A stretch of DNA of 55,376 nucleotides, filler included, from Sluysia triapertura (taxonomy: Eukaryota): NCBI GenBank assembly GCA_046118255.1. It is 4 parts of 4 records of this genome, joined end to end, with 100 filler letters (N's around TTAATTAATTAA, not from the genome) between each part and the next. Parts side by side here need not be neighbours in the genome. Positions count along the whole stretch, not along the records: positions 1 to 13,493 come from JBJNIA010037038.1; positions 13,594 to 29,467 come from JBJNIA010216475.1; 2 more parts are not named here. The stretch is one strand, 5' to 3'. Shown piece by piece: positions 10,201 through 22,968 of this stretch (within the stretch, counting starts at the first letter, position 1; each line of letters opens with the position of its first letter). A program made the position numbers and the translations under genes. The notes beneath the pieces were generated by a model. It saw nothing but the letters and a program-made list of their open reading frames with translations, was not told the DNA's origin and searched no databases.

Positions 10201-13200
10201 CTTGAAAAAACTAAGCTGGTCCTTCATCGCTAAGGGTCTTAAATCAGACAACGAATTGACGAATATGGCATTCTTACTAGGTTCGATATAGCTTTTAATG
10301 CGATTAGTAAACTGTTTATTTTCCAGGGGCATGCGCGCATCAACTGGGAACTCGCGATTCGGAATTGATGAGATATGTACATTTTCATTATCGGAGTCTG
10401 TTGCCAGCTTATGTTTACCATCATAACATTGCTAATCGCCATGGAGATAGTGGAATTCACTGCGGGCTTAGCACCGGAACTATGACAACAGGTCTTGTAG
10501 ATAGTGCCAGGTCGTCTATGTTTTCTGCTGGTTGTGTGACACTGGCGGATGAATTAGAACCAACCCAACGAAAGCATGATCCAAACTTGATTGGTCCTTT
10601 GGATTCTGTTGGATATCATTTGGGTTTACGATCGACGAGACATCAATTTGGACCAGCATTCGGAGTGTCGGACGAACTGATATTGGGAGATTCGAGATAC
10701 GGCCTGGGAAGCTTGGGTTATGGGGATGATTTGGTTTTAAATTCTTCTGAATTGGTCGATTACGGATTGGCTGGCACCAGTGGTGATTATGTACCTCCTC
10801 TTACTCGAATAGCTGGGATTCTGGCAACAGGTCTGTTGAATTTCCAGTCCGGGGACCGTAAACTAGCCGGGATTTTGCTGAAAGAAGTAGGATCGGGAAC
10901 ACGATGTACTGGCACTGATCAGTGTTGCGGATCCAATCCAGGTAACTTGATTAATTTAATCAGGCAAGTTATTCTTGATTCTTATTTCTTGTAGCAAACG
11001 GAAATTTGACTAGCAACAGTGGAGGAACAGGCACTAACCAGGACGGCAGTCAAAGTGGAGGGTCGAATTTGAACTCGAACAGTGGACTATGTACAATGGC
11101 CGGTCCAGAATACCACAGTCTAGTTGCCTTCAGTGCAGCCATATCTGCAGGCATGGTCATGCTAGGTATGGGAGATCAGCAACTTTTATCTAGAGAACAA
11201 AATCCTGTTGAACTGGAGCGCCTGGTGCGATATCTCAATGGCGGAACTCGGTTTTTCGATGATTATTATGCAAATGAATTTGTACCTCAGATGTCTCGAA
11301 TGACTGAACCTGGAAATAACGTTTCTGTGTCGGGCAATGCTGCCGTTGGTGGACATGATGGCAGTGTAAATACTGGCGGTGCTGCAGGTAGTAGTGCATC
11401 TGCTCGCCATTATGGTAACAAGAGAATGCAGCAGCCTGGTAGTCTCTGTTGTCATGGTAATAACACCGGTCTTGACTATTGCGAAGAATGCGCATCTACA
11501 TTTCATAGAGATGGTCTCGATTCAGCACAGTCTGTCGATTCAGTAATATTCACTCCTGCCCCACGAAGTGCTTCTGCAGCACAGTCTTTGGGAGGCATTA
11601 CAGGTACTAGTGAACTCCCCGAGCTTTCAACTGGAGATGACTCATTGTCTCACCATCACCACCATCACCATTTTCATCAACATCATCACCACCACCTTCA
11701 CCACTATCGACCTTCTGGTCCCAGTGCAGGTGGAGCTGCAGTGAATGCTGCCAGTGTCACGACATCTGGTATTCCCCACTTCAGTTACATGCAACACAAC
11801 TACGGAAGTCATAGTTCCGTTTCTGCTGTCCCAGGTTCGGGAAATCTGGGCCCAGCGCAAACAACTCAATCGTCGCAGCAAGCTCAGCAACAGCAGTTCC
11901 GAAGTGCCACTACACCTGGAGTTCGTCCACTGTACACAAATCGCAAGCCACAACCTCTCCGAAACAACCCACCAACGTTTCGAACTGTCAAGGTATGTAT
12001 AATTATTACGATATTTGATTGATGCTTGGGAGATTTTCTGTTATTTAGAACTAGAAACATTTTCCCCGAAATGGCGTTACTCATCATTTCAGTTATTATC
12101 AATTTAGGTTCTGGAACAAAGTCACTATAACATGGACATGACCGGACCCTGTGCAGCACTGAGTCTCGGTCTCATATTCATGGCTACTGACAACTTCGTC
12201 GTAGCTAGGCTACTAGATCCGCCTACTAATCAACATGAACTCGATGCGATGAGGTCGCCCGTTCTGTGCATGCGTCAAATAGGGCGGCATTTGATTGGCT
12301 GGAAGCATATAACTCCTTCTCGTGATTGGGTGATGTCACAAATCCCATATTTTATAGTGAATTCTGTTTTTGATGATTCTGTTGCTCCTGTATCCAGGGA
12401 AGATTTACCAGCTCTTACAGAGGCATATTTGGAGATTGTGGTAGGTTCTTTATTTGCGATGAGTCTGAAGTTTGCTGGTACAGAAGATATTCGTGCGAAA
12501 GAAACACTGGTTAGATTAATTCTTCAATATAAATGTGAAATTAAAGAAATAGTACTTTTAGAAGTTAAAAAATTTGATGAATAATTTTAGAGCGGCTTTT
12601 TGGATGAGCTCATTCTTATTAAAGAAGCTCGAGACCGTAATTCCACACCTTCTCTTTCTGTGCTTTTAACTAATCTCTCGGTGAGCAGCAACAGCAGCAA
12701 CTCGACACAACGGAAATTATCTCCCAAGCAACTTCACGTCTTGCACTCTAGTCTACATTGGGCCATTGCAACAATTTATTTATCTACATGTATGATCATG
12801 GCCGGGTCCGGTGACTTGCATCTTCTTCAGATTGGCAGATACTTGAGATCTATTGTTTACACATCTTCCGGTTTATCCGGAATTTCTGAAAACAATGGAC
12901 CTGGACAATATGGCGTTTATCAGGCCTATGGAATGGGCCTAGGTCTTTTGTTTTTGGGTGGTGGAAAATTAACATTGTCCAATAGTATTCGATCTGCTGC
13001 TTTATTGGCTGTTGCGTTTTATCCTCGATTTTCACCTCATTATTCTGGTTCTAGGTTAGAATGGGTTATATTATCTATAATGTTTATTATCTAGATATCA
13101 TCTACAAGCTCTTCGACATCTGTACATATTAGCTACACGTCCAAGGACATTGTGCGCTGTCGATATTCACACCAATCATACTGCTCCTTTGACCGGATTG

Positions 13201-13216
13201 GTCAAACTGACGGATG
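7264..13216 (+). CDS. ANAPC1: Anaphase-promoting complex subunit 1, multi-exon; 3' end unresolved
   Basis: Ordered APC1 motifs: RDAVYLPGLQMLAALD..LKLYSG, RTVAMPIGRGM, WPEFHNGVAIAL, GLGLNGHLKKL, LGTRD..HYRSLLP, LLKEVG, AGMVMLGMG, NMDMTGPCAALSLGLIFMATDN, SLKFAGT, MAGSGDL, GLGLLFLGGG, FYPRF, RYHLQALRHLY. Short GT-AG introns at about 7804-7860, 8483-8522, 8941-8981, 9262-9300, 9514-9558, 10089-10133, 10281-10326, 10942-10994 and 13055-13094. Confidence 0.93.
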
Positions 13217-13493
13217 TTAGGATATTAATTTATTTTTAAAATAAAATTATACGATGGTGGCCAAATTATTAGACTAAAAGAGAGAAAAAGCTTTCCAGAC
13301 ACAGAAAATCTGTTGGAGATTGTCAAAATGAGAGTTTCCACCCATTGAGCTTATTGAAACTCTGATAAAAATATGGCATTACGATTATTCGATAACAAAG
13401 GAGGCAAACAAAGTACTGATACAACAGTTTGTACATATTTGATTTGTAGTAAATTGTATTATCACATTCTACATGAATAAAATTTCTGTATGT

Positions 13494-13593
13494 NNNNNNN
13501 NNNNNNNNNNNNNNNNNNNNNNNNNNNNNNNNNNNNNTTAATTAATTAANNNNNNNNNNNNNNNNNNNNNNNNNNNNNNNNNNNNNNNNNNNN
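13494..13593. other. Scaffold gap with artificial TTAATTAATTAA linker
   Basis: 100-base N block with a central all-frame-stop linker; same format at 29468 and 43340. Confidence 0.97.
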
Positions 13594-14029
13594 GAGAATA
13601 AATTTTAATAATTGTAAAATTTTAGGACGTTTTATTTTCAAATAATATTTAAATAAAAATTAAAATATGATAGTTGAAAATATTATTAAATAGTTTTCAT
13701 TGTTTTAATGTAATAATATTTGACATTTTTTTATAACTTATAACTTACTTATAAGTTAAAATGAAAATATTAATATTTAAACTAACACGTTCATTCTGAT
13801 ATAAAATGCGATGAAACACAAAGATTAAATGATCTCTGTATGAAGTTAAACAAATCAAAAACCATTATAAAAGTAATTAAGAAAATAAAAGTTCAAAAAC
13901 AATATAATTTATATAATTTATTTATTTAGCACGTTATAAAATTGTTCCTATATGATCCAAGTCTTACACAGTTAAGGGCTATTTCCATAGAATTTTTACT
14001 CAAAGATTTCAATAATCTATTTTTGATCT

Positions 14030-14105
14030 TATTTTACACGCCATTTACATGTTAGTCCTTAAGTGAGTAAGATTAACATCGTAAGGAACTCACATAAATT
14101 AAAAT
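14030..14105 (+). repeat. Dispersed repeat E (partner at about 43725-43825)
   Basis: AAGTGAGTAAGATTAACATCGTAAGGAACTCACATAAATTA versus AAGTGAGTAAATCTAAGATTGTAAGGGACTCACAGCATAAATTA. Confidence 0.55.
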
Positions 14106-16074
14106 CAAACTAGTCAACTAAGTTTTAGATGGATTTCCAACATTAATTAACATAAATTCAACTAGGCGTGCGTACTGCTTAAGATTAGATTGATTTAGAA
14201 TATAACATAGGTTTACACATTAAATAAATTCTTTCTACAATCGGTTTTTAATTAAAAATTCAATTAAAGTTAAACTTTAAATTTTTGAAAGTCTAAAAAA
14301 GGTATAATTATCTTCTATTTATAAAATTTATTAATTTTTCTTTATTTCATTATTAATTATTGAATAACCCCGATTGTAATTTTATAAGTATCTTTTAAAC
14401 GACTATTTTAAATAAGTCCATAAAGAAAACAAATAATTTATATAGTTTTAATCTGATATAAAATTTGTGGTACTATTTTTTTGAAGTCATAATAAAGAGT
14501 CAATCACTTTATCAAAGTCATACTTTAAATTAGGACAAATTCATTTGTAATTAATCTTTTGATTATAAATAAAGCAGTCATAAGCGTATCTTCAATAATT
14601 ATAGTTTCCCTACGATTCATAATTCTATAATAATTTAAATTTAGTATTAAGTTAAGAAAACACACGCAATTAATATAAATATACAATTTGGCATCCATAA
14701 TTCTGCGAACAGACGATTAATTTGTGTTCATTTCTGATTGCAGGATAATAATAATAAAATAATGATAATAATAACAATAATAATATCAAAATTGTACTAA
14801 GTAATAAAAGTGTATAATTGGATTTATTAAAAAACTACCATTAAATTTATTAATTTAACCTTAATGATATTTTCTGTCACAATTCAGATGTAAATTAATT
14901 AACATTCAAGTTCACTTTTGCTTAGTTGATAATGAAAAATAAGATACCACATAGATATGGGATTTGTAACAACTGATACAATGAGATTTAAAGACGTTAT
15001 TGTTGTCGTGATTCAGTTTGTATATTTATTTAATGTTTTGTTATGATTTCAGAGTTACATACTAATAATCACTATCTTTGCGCGTAAATTAGTTTTATAT
15101 ATTTAGTTTAATAGGTGACATTAATAATTATAATCAGTATATACTTTATGTATTTTTATATCCATCTCATTTATTGAAGTCGACAGAATGCAACCGAATT
15201 ATCAATACTATTTAAGTATTGATTAATAGAATTATGTATTTCTTGCTCTTTTAGTAGTAATGTTATATTTTATAATTTGAGTATATAATCGAATTAATTT
15301 TTAAATATTATACTATCAATATAAATATTGAAGTTCTTTTTTCCATATGTTTTATTTTATTCTCTGAATTAATGATTTACAGTTGTATTTACAGTTATTT
15401 CAGTAATATTATTTACATTGAAATTTCAATTGTAAATATTTAATTATATTTTTATTATATTCATTCAAATATATTTAACATGTTTAGTTTTGCGATAAAC
15501 TTATTTATTTGTTACACCCAAGACATTATTTAACAGTACTTTGTTTTATTTTGGATTTGCTTTTTTGGGACAATTACCAGCACACACTGTTTTGTTTTAA
15601 TGTAGAAAAATGTTTTGTTTTTATAAAATTTAGACTAATTTAAGAAATAAGTCATAAGTTAAAATGAAATATTAAATGTTTCAAGTAGTAAAAGTAAATA
15701 AAAAAGGTTTTAATATATTATATTATATTTCCTTTTATATTTCAACAGTCATTTATAAATACGATACGCTAATATAAAAAGAAATAGATATTATTTTGAA
15801 ATTTAAGTATTCTTATAGATTTTGTAAATAAATATAATAATAATAATAATTAGTTTAAATGTTTTGAAACAAACAAAATAAAATTTTGGAATTATGTAAT
15901 GTTTATTTTGATTTACTTTATGTATAGGTACATTAAAAATTAAATGAATCTACGTACTGTAGCTTCAGAAGAGCGAATAATAATTCATTTTACTCAAATT
16001 TAAATGAATAATAATCCTGTTGGGGTAAAATGACTAAAGTATTACTGAATATAATAAATTAAAATTGTTAGACG

Positions 16075-16146
16075 GGTCTGATAGCTCAGTGGGTAGAGCA
16101 TCGAACTACGCAGCGAGAGGTTCCAGATTCGCCTCCGGTTAGTCTA
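16075..16146 (+). tRNA. Degenerate tRNA (ACG anticodon, Arg-like); pseudogene or tRNA-derived SINE head
   Basis: A box and D arm TAGCTCAGTGGGTAGAGC, loop CTACGCA, imperfect B box GATTCGCCTCC, mismatched acceptor, anticodon and T stems, followed by TTTT. Confidence 0.7.
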
Positions 16147-17951
16147 TTTTATAAAGACTAACAATCCAAAAGTAACTTGATAATATCTGTACATGATATT
16201 ATTTTTCGAAAAAAGAAAAATTCGCTTCTAAAAATAGAATATAATCGATTCCTACTGGCTGAATCCATTCTCATCAGTTTTGTGAAAATCGTCATTTTTA
16301 TTTTTGTACTACTTTTATAAAAAAAGATATTTTGATTTTCACAATTCGTCACATTGGAAATTTCGTGGAATTTTTAGTGACTAGTAGATTCAATAAATTC
16401 ACAATCTGACATCAGCGACAAAGCAACAACAATTCAAGATTATTCTGGGAATCCTATTTTCCATGTTTTGATAAATATATATAATGTTTAAGGTAAGTTT
16501 AAACTTTCGAAGTTGAAATAGAAAAGTACACTCAAAATCTCATTTATTTTAATTATTAGTCCCCAACTACAATTAACATATAACAGTTATAAAATTAAAC
16601 ACTTTTTATATCATCTTTTTATATTTTACCTTTAACTCTTATTATTAATTATTCGTTTTTTGCTGTCGAATAAAGTTATAATCTTTATTTGTTTAAAAGA
16701 TTAATTCAATTAAAAGATTCTTCTAATTGAATAAAAGTTTAAGTGAAAATTGTAGATTAAATTAATAAATTTTTAGAAATAATTAAATTAGTTACGGAAA
16801 CGCCCTCTTCACGAAATAAGACGTTTACTGTAACCGAATCCTGCTAAAAATATTTATATTTCATATGCTCAAAATAAAACAGGCAAGTTTAATTATAAAC
16901 ATAAAATAAATATAATTAAATAATATATAATTTTAAATTATTCATTATTTCTAATAATCTCAAGAAAAACTTAGAAATTTGAAAATGAAAGAAGTATTAT
17001 CAAAAACACAGAAAAGGATAAAAGAAAACAAAATCAGAATAATAAGAATGAAAAACCAAGTTTACTGATTGTATTAAAGTTGTAACATAATTTTATATAT
17101 GTCAAGGCATTAAGATATTTTAATTAATTAAAAATTATCGATTTAATTTTAGAGAATTAAAAGTAAAAGTTTATAATTGTTTAAAGTAATCATCTACAAG
17201 TTATAATTGCAATCAGAATTATTAAAATGTAATTAAATTAATAATTTTTAAATCAGTACATTTTTTAAATACTTTAAATAATCTTCATTTTTATTGTCCT
17301 TCAAATATAATTTCTTCAGACATCTCAATCCACTAACTGTCACAATCTTCATTTTGGAGGGAAGAATACATCAGGTGCGTTTGATAGTTTAGTGACATTT
17401 TATACATATCAATCAATATTGTTTATAGCACTTTGTGGTTCTTTTCCTTTCACTTTAAGTTGAAGAATCAACAACAATTATTTCGGAAATCTTCCAAAAT
17501 TATTTGTACGGTGTTGTTAAAACATCACGAAAATGAATTTCATTATATGAACGACATCTTTATAAAATAAAATATGTTAAGCTAAATATTTACTTTATAT
17601 AAATTTTTCTTTATTTTCAATTATAATCGTACATGGATTTCAATAAATGTATTGTTTAGTTTAATAATTTGTAATATTATATTTATTTATTTATTATAAT
17701 TGATCATTTCTCTATTAAATTTATTAAGTCTAAAATGTGCTGTTTATTTAAAATCAATAATTTGTTTTAAGTGCTTATGTTGTTCTTTCCAATGGAAAAG
17801 TCAAGTCCACTTAAGCGTGATTAATATTAAGATTCTGATAGAAATGAAAAGAGTAAGTAAACAAATAATAAATTTGAAGGTTTATTAAACATAAAATTAT
17901 GAATTCGTTAAAATATACGAATTATAATAAACAATCCTCACTTATTATTAC

Positions 17952-18200
17952 TGTTAGGTTGTCATCACACCCTCTAAAATCATATTAAATTCTCTAAAAT
18001 ATTAAATTCTTTTAATATCTTTAAAATTATTTTCCAAAAATTGCTTAAAATGACAATTCTTATTAAACTGAATCGATGGAATGTTCCAGAACATTCTAGA
18101 AGCTTCAATTCTATTCTTAGAAGCGAATGTTCTTCTGTAGAAATTTTAATTTTCCTTACAAAAGATTTTAATTTTAAATTAATCGATAATTATGATTTTT
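17952..18200 (+). mobile_element. LTR-like repeat C copy 1 (3' limit uncertain)
   Basis: Starts TGTTAGGTTGTCATCA as at 31266; the internal TTCTAGAA-rich block is shared in inverted orientation. Confidence 0.55.
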
Positions 18201-19199
18201 TATCTGTCTTGTTCAAATTGCCTGGTTATGATTGGTTATATTATTTTCCAGTGGATCCAAATACATATTCGCTATATTAGTGTAATGACTCAATTATTAA
18301 TTAAAAAATTTACACAAGGCATATAAATTCATAATTTTTAACCATGTCCAATCACAATTCATAAAATAGTCAACAAAACCTTTATTCTTAGATCATAAAA
18401 TAGTCCTGCTTACATCCCGTATAATATACATTTTCACATCGTCGCTTAGTAGACCATTTCAATTTCAAAACATTAATTATAAGGTTGTAGCAAACAATTC
18501 TATTATACAGATCATTCTCAGGCTTCAAAATTTCGTATTTCGGACAGTTTTTGCTTGACTCCGTTAAATACTAGACTACATTTAGATTATATCTTTCTGA
18601 CTTTTAAATACTCAAGCATACTAGGTGTAGAACTGTTACAAGAAATAACCTTGTCTTATTCTTAATTATTTTTGAATTACAATTAGGTTTACTTTTAATT
18701 ATTTAGAAAATAATAATAAATTAATTTGATTATTTCTAAAATTATTAGTTATCACGTTAAAATTGAAATTGGTATGACATCTGTGTCAATACACAGTTCA
18801 CTATAACAAACATTACATAATAATAAAATGTCGAATTATTCAAACTCAATGTCAATGCTTACTGTGGGACTAACGAACGATCCAAACCAACTGCATAATA
18901 TATGATATTTTTCATAAGTTTCTTATGTGTATTTCTCATCATATTATTGTTAACGAATTTTTTTATATTATTGATAAATTGGCGTACTTTTCCTTTTGTT
19001 TTGCCTTCGGAAGATCTTAGCTTCATTGGTATACAAATAATGATACGTTGCCTGATATAAAAATATTAAATTTAATAATAATCAAAAGCAAGTAAATTTA
19101 AACTACATGAGAACTAACTCGGGATGAGAGTTGAAATAAACTTTCCCGATTCTTACCATTCGGCAATGAGATCTCATCCACAAGTCAAAACTGAATTAT

Positions 19200-20091
19200 A
19201 TGTGGTGGTCAACCCAATACTTTAAGAATTTTATTTCATCAATACACAATAAAATCACTTCTCGGAAAGTTCACAATTGTTATTACCATCAAATATTTTA
19301 AACATAAAATTTCACAACAGCAATATCTTATTCGACATCAGAAATCATCAAATATACACTAAAAAATTAAATTAAAACATTTTAAAATTAATTCAACATA
19401 TTGCAAATTCCATAACATTTTACCCATTTTTCTATCACAACCTTTTTCATATTTTATTTTTTCAGAACTATTCTCATTTTAATACATTTTTAATTTACAA
19501 TTTTACAACACCAAAAATCACATCTACATTCTAAACCATTAACACACATTAAATTTTATTTAAAAACATTTGAATCCACAATTCATAACACCAGAATTAC
19601 AATTTACATGGTAAATTATCAAAATTACATCTTAAACTAACCAAAAACATTTCAAGTTCTTAATTCGTTCACACTCAAGTATTTACACTTTTGAAAAACT
19701 TTAAGTTCACACATTTTAATCGTTTTTAGCATTTTAAGTCAACAAACTTCATTTTAGTCAAATTCATTTAATGATATGTTGAGAAATAAGAAATAAATAA
19801 ACCAGAAATAAATTAATTAATTAATATAAAATATTTGACGATATAAAGTTTATGCGTTTGTCTTTATTATTATTATTCTATCTTATATATTAGTTTATGC
19901 GATAAAGAGATTATATTAACAACTGCCAACAACTGACAGTTTCAATTTTGACAAAACAGTTGTCATCGTATTTACTGTCAATTGATGACAGTTGTAAAAT
20001 CAGGATTTAGTTGTTTTAAGAGTGGTTACAGACACTCACTGTATCGTGCATGCATCTTGAATGTTATAATATGTGATTGGTCACCCAATCA
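19200..20091 (+). repeat. Module A copy 3, inverted and diverged
   Basis: Boundary GTGGTGGTCAACC resembles GTAGTGGCCAACA; ATTCGACATCAGAAATCATCAAATATACAC resembles the reverse complement of about 1925-1955; C/A-skewed body; 22-bp imperfect inverted repeat at 19919-19940/19974-19995; terminal GTGATTGGTCACCCAATC. Confidence 0.65.
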
Positions 20092-20299
20092 ATTCTGATT
20101 TAATTACATTATTAAAAACTAAAGTGACACAATTCACAATTACAAATTAAATTAACATTTGTGTTACTAAAAAATTTGATACGCGCAACAATAGAAATTA
20201 GTTAAAAGAAAATTATTTCAGAATTCAAAATATTTAAAAAATAAAATAAACGTTCAATTTTGTCAAAAAGGACAAACGAGAAGTTTACGCTCTTGATTC

Positions 20300-21170
20300 A
20301 TGAATATATATGATAACTCAATAAATAATAATGATAATACTAACTTAAAATTAGTTAAATTTCAAAAGCCACGTTCGTTATCATTTTCAAATAAAAATTC
20401 TATTCAGAATGTAATGCTTCATTTAATACGTATTTCGTCAACCGATGATGATTATAATACAGAATATTATGTAATGTCATTAGTGAACATAAAGCATTGT
20501 CAATGTTTAGAACGTGAATTAAAGATTTCACATACTATCAAAGCAATACCTCTTGATATTGATACTTGCTAATTGATAGACAATCAAAATGTACGAAAGT
20601 TAATAAAATTTATTCATTGCAAAGTCAATTTATAATGATCTTCAACAATATTTCGTTAATATTTGCAGTATTTGTTTCACACTATTATTTTCAAGAACCA
20701 AAAAGAATACAATATTATATCAAAAATGCTCTTCAAGTTATGTTAAATGCTTAATATATTCACTGTTTCTCAATTTGTTACAAATACTTACGCTAAATCA
20801 ATTCTATCATTTGAATATGATTGAAATAAATGGATTAAATATAAATTTCAAGAACTCGTAAGTATAGATAATAACTTACCAAATTTTATTCATTTCTTAA
20901 ATTTATTAACCCCAAATTATAATTTAATTCAGTTCACAAGTAATAATTCGTATAAGTACTTAAAAGAAATAAAGAGCTTATGTTAAGTCTAAGATCAACA
21001 TGAAGAAAGTTGTAAAAGCAATATTAAATACATCTAATAATAAATGCTACAGGAAAAGTCTTTTGTAGTGCATGCTTAAGTACGGATAAAACTTTATGTT
21101 TTCATGCTCTGGAAAAAAATTTGAATTACACCATGCACGTTTTCATTAATATACCAAGGGAATGAAATAT
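20300..21170 (+). pseudogene. Orphan disrupted ORF downstream of module A copy 3, with a Cys/His motif
   Basis: Consecutive same-strand ORFs 20300-20572 and 20566-20754; a later frame reads ATGKVFCSACLSTDKTLCFHALEK (about 21046-21117). Confidence 0.45.
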
Positions 21171-22571
21171 ATTAACAATTACTTCACAAAGATTCGGAAA
21201 TAAGTTTAATATGATTGTGATTTATGTAGTAACTGATTAAATAAATATCGCTTTTCATAATTTGGAATTTCGTTAATATTGTAAATGAATCTTCTTTTTA
21301 TCGTTTCTTTATTAATTGCATTTGATTTATATTTGATTTGAACTTGAAAATAAGTTATAGTTATTCTTTACTTCGATGTATAAGTTATCACTTTATGATT
21401 TAATTATAATGTGAGTTAATTTCAAGTTTTTGTTATGATTTCGTTCAGTCGAATATTGTCGTTTATTTCGACTCTCATCATATATTTAATTTGTATGAAA
21501 GCTAAATCAATTTTTTAAAAATTGTTCAATATCTTTTCGCATTCTTAATAGTCGTGTACATTAATTAGGAACATCAAATTCATTTCAAATTAATTCACAA
21601 AATTTTATTAACTAATTATACTTTTATTTTCTCCTAATTTATTTTCATTCATATTTTTAGACAATATATTATACCACATGCCCAATATGTCAAAAATCCA
21701 TTCACAAACATTATATAAAGACATTTACATACATGCTTGTATTCCACTTTAAATGTATTATAAATCTTTTTCACTTTACATTAACTAAACATATGAATTG
21801 TCATTATACAGAACAGTATTAAAAGAGATACGAGTATTTTATAAGGGGAAATTTCGTCACTCATATGTACTTGAAAAAGTCCCATCAAATGTTAGTATAA
21901 ATAACAATGTGGTACAAGAGATAGAAATTACTCAATCTTAATAAATAGTTTAATAAGCATGAAATAAAAATACCAAAAAAAATAACCGTCGAGGGAGACA
22001 ATTAAGACGATGGTATAAAAAGGTAAGATCATATAAAAATAACACTAGAATTGGAAATAACCTATTCCTTAAAAAGAAACGTACCTAATATTTTATTTTT
22101 ATTTTTAATCTTCCTAATATTCGTAAGTTATTTAATAATTAAATAAATCAAAAGAATAAATAAACTAACTATTAAATTATCTTAACTTATATTTCCTATT
22201 CTTTACAAATTTGTTCTTTTATTTAGATTCCAATGACTTCAGTATTACCAAAAACACGTATCATAAATAACATTCCTTCCTTTTATAATAGGATTGATCG
22301 TTTTTGTGGCAAAAACGGTACACCTTACATCTTTTTAAAATAAAATTTAACCACTAATATCTTTAAAACATGAATTAAATGAAAATTTCATAACACGTCT
22401 TTTTCATATTAAGCAAATTCAGTCATCTTTAATACTTAATACCTTACAAGAATACCCGAGACAATAGTGCCGAGGCTAGGGGAACGCTTAAAATATCCAT
22501 TTTTATGGCCCGTTGCATTCGCGATTACAAGGGTATTCATCCATTATTATCACCGACTTGTCTGAAAACTG

Positions 22572-22968
22572 TAAGGTATATTTGCCAATTTGGCGGGACG
22601 GTGTCGATTTTTTACAATTTGTCCCGCGACGTTTTTCAAATGGTTCCGAATTTTAGAATTAAGTTAAATTTTATATTTATGAAAATCATTACTTTGCGTT
22701 CTAAGAATCCTACGGCCTACGACGACTAACATATTGCTTTTGCTACCCGGTTACGTTGTTTTTGTCTCTCAGATGATACACTTCGTGTTCGTACGGCGTG
22801 CTAGCAAGCTAATTAAACAAATAAATATTACAAATCTGCTACTTACCATGAAAAATTAAGTCTTATGTTATTACGATATTATTTTTATTCTGTATGAAAA
22901 TTTTTGTTGATACTTCCCCCTCATTCACAGTTGTCCCGATTTGCCCATCTAAAAATCTGGTCACCTTA
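22572..22968. mobile_element. hAT-like non-autonomous element (MITE)
   Basis: Right end ATCTGGTCACCTTA resembles a TAGGGTGACCAGAT-type TIR; subterminal GTCCCG/CGGGAC motifs at both ends; left TIR degenerate; no TSD seen. Confidence 0.5.

Noticed and set aside
7520-13035. Minus-strand ORFs overlapping APC1
   Set aside because: Antisense shadows of GC-richer coding exons, with no motifs.
13494-13593. TTAATTAATTAA inside N runs (also at 29468 and 43340) as a biological motif
   Set aside because: Identical 100-base format three times indicates an artificial scaffolding linker; linkage across these gaps is unverified.
17320-17520. Two small GT-AG bounded exons of an unknown gene
   Set aside because: The spliced frame contains a stop and has no recognisable homology.
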